Shown: positions 7,694-10,235 of the stretch, one piece after another
How the letters are laid out: the number at the start of each line of letters is the position of its first letter
How positions within the stretch are numbered: the first letter of the stretch is position 1
Assembly: GCA_016839785.1 (NCBI GenBank)
Contig: JAEOTQ010000079.1
Span: forward strand, 1-10,235
Length of the DNA: 10,235 bases
From: Candidatus Hodarchaeota archaeon
Lineage (GTDB): Archaea > Asgardarchaeota > Heimdallarchaeia > Hodarchaeales > Hodarchaeaceae
Direction: 5' to 3'
Notes under the pieces: model-generated
What the model was told of the DNA's origin: nothing
Seen by the model: only the letters and a program-made list of their open reading frames with translations
The model's database searches: none
Position numbers and translations under genes: made by a program

Positions 7694-7884
7694 TAATAGT
7701 CTTCCTCCAGCGGTACATCATAATGGCAATTCTTACAGTATACTCTTGTTGATCTTCTTTCACTTAATGGATCTAAATAAACTTCCATGATAAACTGAGC
7801 CTGACATTTACCACATCGCTCTTTAGTTTCTTCAACTTTTATACGTACTCCAAGTGGTGAATTGTCTGGCATAATAAATTTCAC
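7690..7884 (-). CDS. Small zinc-ribbon protein (CxxC-x22-CxxC)
   Basis: CGKC and CKNC pairs, with a 4-nt overlap with the downstream YkgJ gene. The true start may be the ATG at 7872 (MPDNS...) rather than the GTG at 7884. Confidence 0.72.
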   Translation of the reverse strand: MKFIMPDNSPLGVRIKVEETKERCGKCQAQFIMEVYLDPLSERRSTRVYCKNCHYDVPLEEDYY

Positions 7885-8106
7885 ACAAACATATTTTATC
7901 GATTTAACCTCGTTACCAATAATATAAAATAAATCGAAGAAATATCGAACTGTTTAAATTTTCCTAAATATTGTCTAATAAACCATTGTTTAGGCTTTGA
8001 GGGAATGATTTAAAAAAATTAAAATCAGAAATTAATAAAATCAGGGTAATCTGTCATAAAAAGACATAGAAAACAGATGATACCGATTAGGTGAAGTAGA
8101 AGTGCT

Positions 8107-8322
8107 TTAATCTTCGTAGGACTCTTCACGTAGCTTTTTCAGTTTTAATTGATGCGTAACGTAGCCAGCTATTTGATTCCTAAACCTTTTTGAATGGATA
8201 CGAGCCGCTTTCGAGACTATATCTTTATTATGGTCAAATGAATCTGGAGACAAATGTGATTCATATTCTTTTACAATTTCTCTTGAAATTACCTTTACTG
8301 CGGATGTTCGAACCTTACCCAT
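8107..8322 (-). CDS. rps17e: 30S ribosomal protein eS17 (S17e)
   Basis: MGKVRTSAVKVISREIV, SFDHNKDIV and SKRFRNQIAGYVTH. The start is placed at the family-typical MG(K/R)VRT Met (8322); an in-frame ATG at 8331 is an alternative. Confidence 0.95.
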   Translation of the reverse strand: MGKVRTSAVKVISREIVKEYESHLSPDSFDHNKDIVSKAARIHSKRFRNQIAGYVTHQLKLKKLREESYED

Positions 8323-8377
8323 ATTGCTCATTATCCTAGTGAGTATCTCTTCATTATTCTATAGATTGATGTCGTCT

Positions 8378-8397
8378 AGAAGAGTAATTACGCTTCT
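8378..8397. repeat. Near-perfect 20-bp palindrome upstream of rps17e
   Basis: AGAAGAGTAA|TTACGCTTCT; 9 of 10 positions pair. Confidence 0.7.
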
Positions 8398-8417
8398 GGT
8401 AACGTTTACTCTAGAAA

Positions 8418-8431
8418 TTTTTAAAGCTTTC
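8418..8431 (-). promoter_or_regulatory. Candidate BRE/TATA promoter of rps17e
   Basis: The minus strand reads GAAAGC-TTTAAAAA, a purine-rich element followed by a TATA-like box. Confidence 0.5.
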
Positions 8432-8468
8432 AACCACTCATTTCAAGGAATCAGTAACATCTAAGTAT

Positions 8469-8765
8469 TCAAGGAGTTAGGGTAATTTTTTGTGTTTCCT
8501 TTATCGTTGAAGACTCCATCGATAAAGAAATTTTTGTAGTTACCTCTGGCTGCTTGATTACCCAATTTAAGATGACGATGTTGCCTTCTAAGGTTGGTAA
8601 TTCAATAATAGAGCTTTGTTCCGGTTCAAAAACGAGGTTAGGTGTTCCAGATATCTCAAATTTCAATTGTCGAAGGATATCACAATTTTTTGGTTGAGAA
8701 ATTTCCCAGGATATTAATACTCGATTATCATAGAATTTTGATGTCTCGGGTGGGGGAAATAACAT
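8469..8765 (-). CDS. Hypothetical protein, predicted all-beta (Ig-like sandwich?)
   Basis: A 98-aa ORF filling the gap between known genes, with GAGGAG 11 nt upstream of the ATG. Alternating hydrophobic strands: VLISWEI, LKFEIS, IVILNWVIK, KISLSMES, QKITLT. Confidence 0.62.
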   Translation of the reverse strand: MLFPPPETSKFYDNRVLISWEISQPKNCDILRQLKFEISGTPNLVFEPEQSSIIELPTLEGNIVILNWVIKQPEVTTKISLSMESSTIKETQKITLTP

Positions 8766-8788
8766 AGAAAACTGGGCTCCTCTTCATT

Positions 8789-9475
8789 TCATTTCTTGAA
8801 TCCTGGAAAATATACTAATTGTTCTTTCTGGTCATAGATACAAATTCGATTACTAGCTAGGATATTCAACGCTGAGATTATCCGAGATTTCTCCCAAACT
8901 ACTAATTGACTAATTAATGGTAGGGAAATTTCTCCATAATCACTAATTCCATCAGAAATAGCAGACAAAAAAGATCTGATCTCACCAGAGACGGAGAATG
9001 GTTCAAAAATATAACCATCGTCTTTTTTGTGAATAATACCTTCCTTCTCAAGGACATCAAGAGCAGTTTCTACATCCTGAATGTCACACTGCCACCAAGG
9101 CCGATGCTTGTGAAATAATGAAGTGATTTTATGAAGAGGAATTGGTTTTAGATTCACTCGCTGATACGCTAATCCAAATGTAACAAGTTCGGATGCTAAC
9201 CTGTGAAAAAAATCTTCTTTTCCTTTGAAATTTGGTCTTACAAAAAGAGAATCAGGTAAAAGGGAAACAGGTAGATTAGAAGATAATTTCAAGTCTAAAA
9301 GATATGTAGAAAAATCTTCTGGAAAATAAGTAGTTTTTGCCGTCTCTTTTAATCCTTTGGTAAGTAGGGATTTAGCTTCTTTGTCAGCAGAATCAGAAAT
9401 TTTCTTCAATTTTGCTGCAAATTTATCATGAAGCTCTTTAGTGGATCTTGGGTTCGGGATTGATTTTACCTCCAC
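8789..9475 (-). CDS. ESCRT-II Vps22/Vps36-like (EAP30 family) tandem winged-helix protein
   Basis: By-eye match to recalled eukaryotic Vps22/SNF8. EDFFHRLASELVTFGLAYQRVN..PIPL...R...DIQDVETALDVLEKEG parallels GDFYYELGVQIIEVCLA...NGGLI.L...R...SQDDL.RAI..L..LG. YGEISL..ISQLVVWEKSRIISALNIL....ICIYD....VYFPGF parallels GYVTV......L.W...RA...L..L...G.AW.D.....YW.P..F. Confidence 0.75.
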   Translation of the reverse strand: MEVKSIPNPRSTKELHDKFAAKLKKISDSADKEAKSLLTKGLKETAKTTYFPEDFSTYLLDLKLSSNLPVSLLPDSLFVRPNFKGKEDFFHRLASELVTFGLAYQRVNLKPIPLHKITSLFHKHRPWWQCDIQDVETALDVLEKEGIIHKKDDGYIFEPFSVSGEIRSFLSAISDGISDYGEISLPLISQLVVWEKSRIISALNILASNRICIYDQKEQLVYFPGFKK

Positions 9476-9496
9476 GTAAACACAAAACGACTTGAA

Positions 9497-9504
9497 TATT
9501 AAAA
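9497..9504 (-). promoter_or_regulatory. Candidate TATA box for a leaderless or short-leader Vps22-like transcript
   Basis: TTTTAATA on the minus strand ends about 22 nt before the GTG at 9475. No SD site is visible. Confidence 0.4.
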
Positions 9505-9603
9505 GGTTACATTCGGAGTATCAATGAAAGGATCTGGGAAGAATAAAAGGGGTATATGATATGTAAACCATAGTTAAATCCTAAAAGAAACCACAATACA
9601 ATA

Positions 9604-9957
9604 TTACTTTGTTATTATCCGCCCGTGTTTACGGCCAGATTGTTTTAAAAGATGAGAGAGAGGAATATCTTGATATCTTCCATCAGGTAGCGTTCTTCGG
9701 ACTAAAATTGGGAGAAGACGTTTTTTAATTTCTTGTTCAGCAATAAGAAGAGGATCTCCCTGTTCTTGAACCTCTTCAGAAGTTCGTTGTTTTGTGGTTT
9801 CCTCTGCTTCTGCTAATACAGGGGCTCCCATCGAAATTTGTAGAGCTCTTGCACCTAGAATGCGCGCATATTCAAACCTAGTCAGCATTTGAGGTCCAAT
9901 TTCTATCTTATAATCTACGTTCGCCTCTGTCACGGAGTAACCAGCCCAAAATATCAT
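9604..9957 (-). CDS. rpoK: DNA-directed RNA polymerase subunit Rpo6 (RpoK; RPB6/omega homolog)
   Basis: Motifs [34 protein letters not shown] and [12 protein letters not shown]. The true start may be the GTG at 9933, because a TATA-like TTTTTAAT (9970-9963) lies too close to the ATG at 9957. Confidence 0.96.
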   Translation of the reverse strand: MIFWAGYSVTEANVDYKIEIGPQMLTRFEYARILGARALQISMGAPVLAEAEETTKQRTSEEVQEQGDPLLIAEQEIKKRLLPILVRRTLPDGRYQDIPLSHLLKQSGRKHGRIITK

Positions 9958-10089
9958 TAAGAATTAAAAACGGTTTGGAAAGCCCAATACCAAACAAGAA
10001 CTGACGAATTTACATGAGATATAAGTGAGTTCTTCTTGTTTATACCTAGGCTACAAATTGGAAAAAGACCCATGAAGAATGTAATATTG

Positions 10090-10153
10090 AAAAAAAAAGA
10101 GAAAAAAGGGATTTTCGGAGTTAAAAAAAAGAAAAAAGACGTAGACTCGTCTT
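10090..10153 (-). terminator. Short hairpin followed by several oligo-T tracts after the thermosome gene
   Basis: The minus strand reads AAGACG-AGTCTA-CGTCTT (10153-10136, 6-bp stem overlapping the stop codon). It runs into TTTTTTCTTTTTTTT and a second TTTTTTCTCTTTTTTTTT block. Confidence 0.65.
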
Positions 10154-10235
10154 AATCGAAGTCGTCTCCGCCCATGCCTTCAGGACCACCTGGCCCATCA
10201 GGAGGACCACCAGCACCTGCTTTTGCGGAAATTAT
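10152..10235 (-). CDS. C-terminal end of a probable thermosome (group II chaperonin) subunit; partial, not in the ORF track
   Basis: Hand translation gives IISAKAGAGGPPDGPGGPEGMGGDDFD*. IISAK fits the conserved (RIDD)[VI]I[SA]A end of thermosomes, followed by the Gly/Pro/Met/acidic tail. Only 27 residues are visible. Confidence 0.75.
   Translation of the reverse strand: MISAKAGAGGPPDGPGGPEGMGGDDFD

Noticed and set aside
7963-7994. Imperfect inverted repeat CCTAAATATTG...CATTGTTTAGG between the Zn-ribbon gene and rps17e
   Set aside because: Short, mismatched and AT-rich, so it is expected by chance in this composition.

Overview
An AT-rich, gene-dense archaeal chromosomal segment. It is most likely Asgard (inference), because an ESCRT-II Vps22/Vps36 (EAP30)-like gene occurs alongside eS25, eS17, Rpo6 and an archaeal lipid prenyltransferase. 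Left to right it holds: a 5'-truncated leucine-rich-repeat gene, DGGGP synthase, a DUF554 membrane protein, eS25, an HD-domain phosphohydrolase, an unusual nucleotidyltransferase-fold protein, TatD, FAD-dependent glycerol-3-phosphate dehydrogenase, a YkgJ cysteine-cluster protein, a small Zn-ribbon protein, eS17, a 98-aa beta-rich unknown, the Vps22-like protein, Rpo6 and the 3' end of a probable thermosome gene. I saw no tRNA, rRNA, CRISPR array or transposase. There are two main leads. (1) A protein fuses what looks like the N-terminal helical domain of archaeal glutamyl-tRNA synthetase to a Pol-beta-type nucleotidyltransferase, and its gene lies between the HD hydrolase and TatD. (2) The Vps22-like gene has no other ESCRT gene beside it in this window and is paired with an unknown small beta-sandwich gene. 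All family calls come from recognising motifs by eye; no searches were run.
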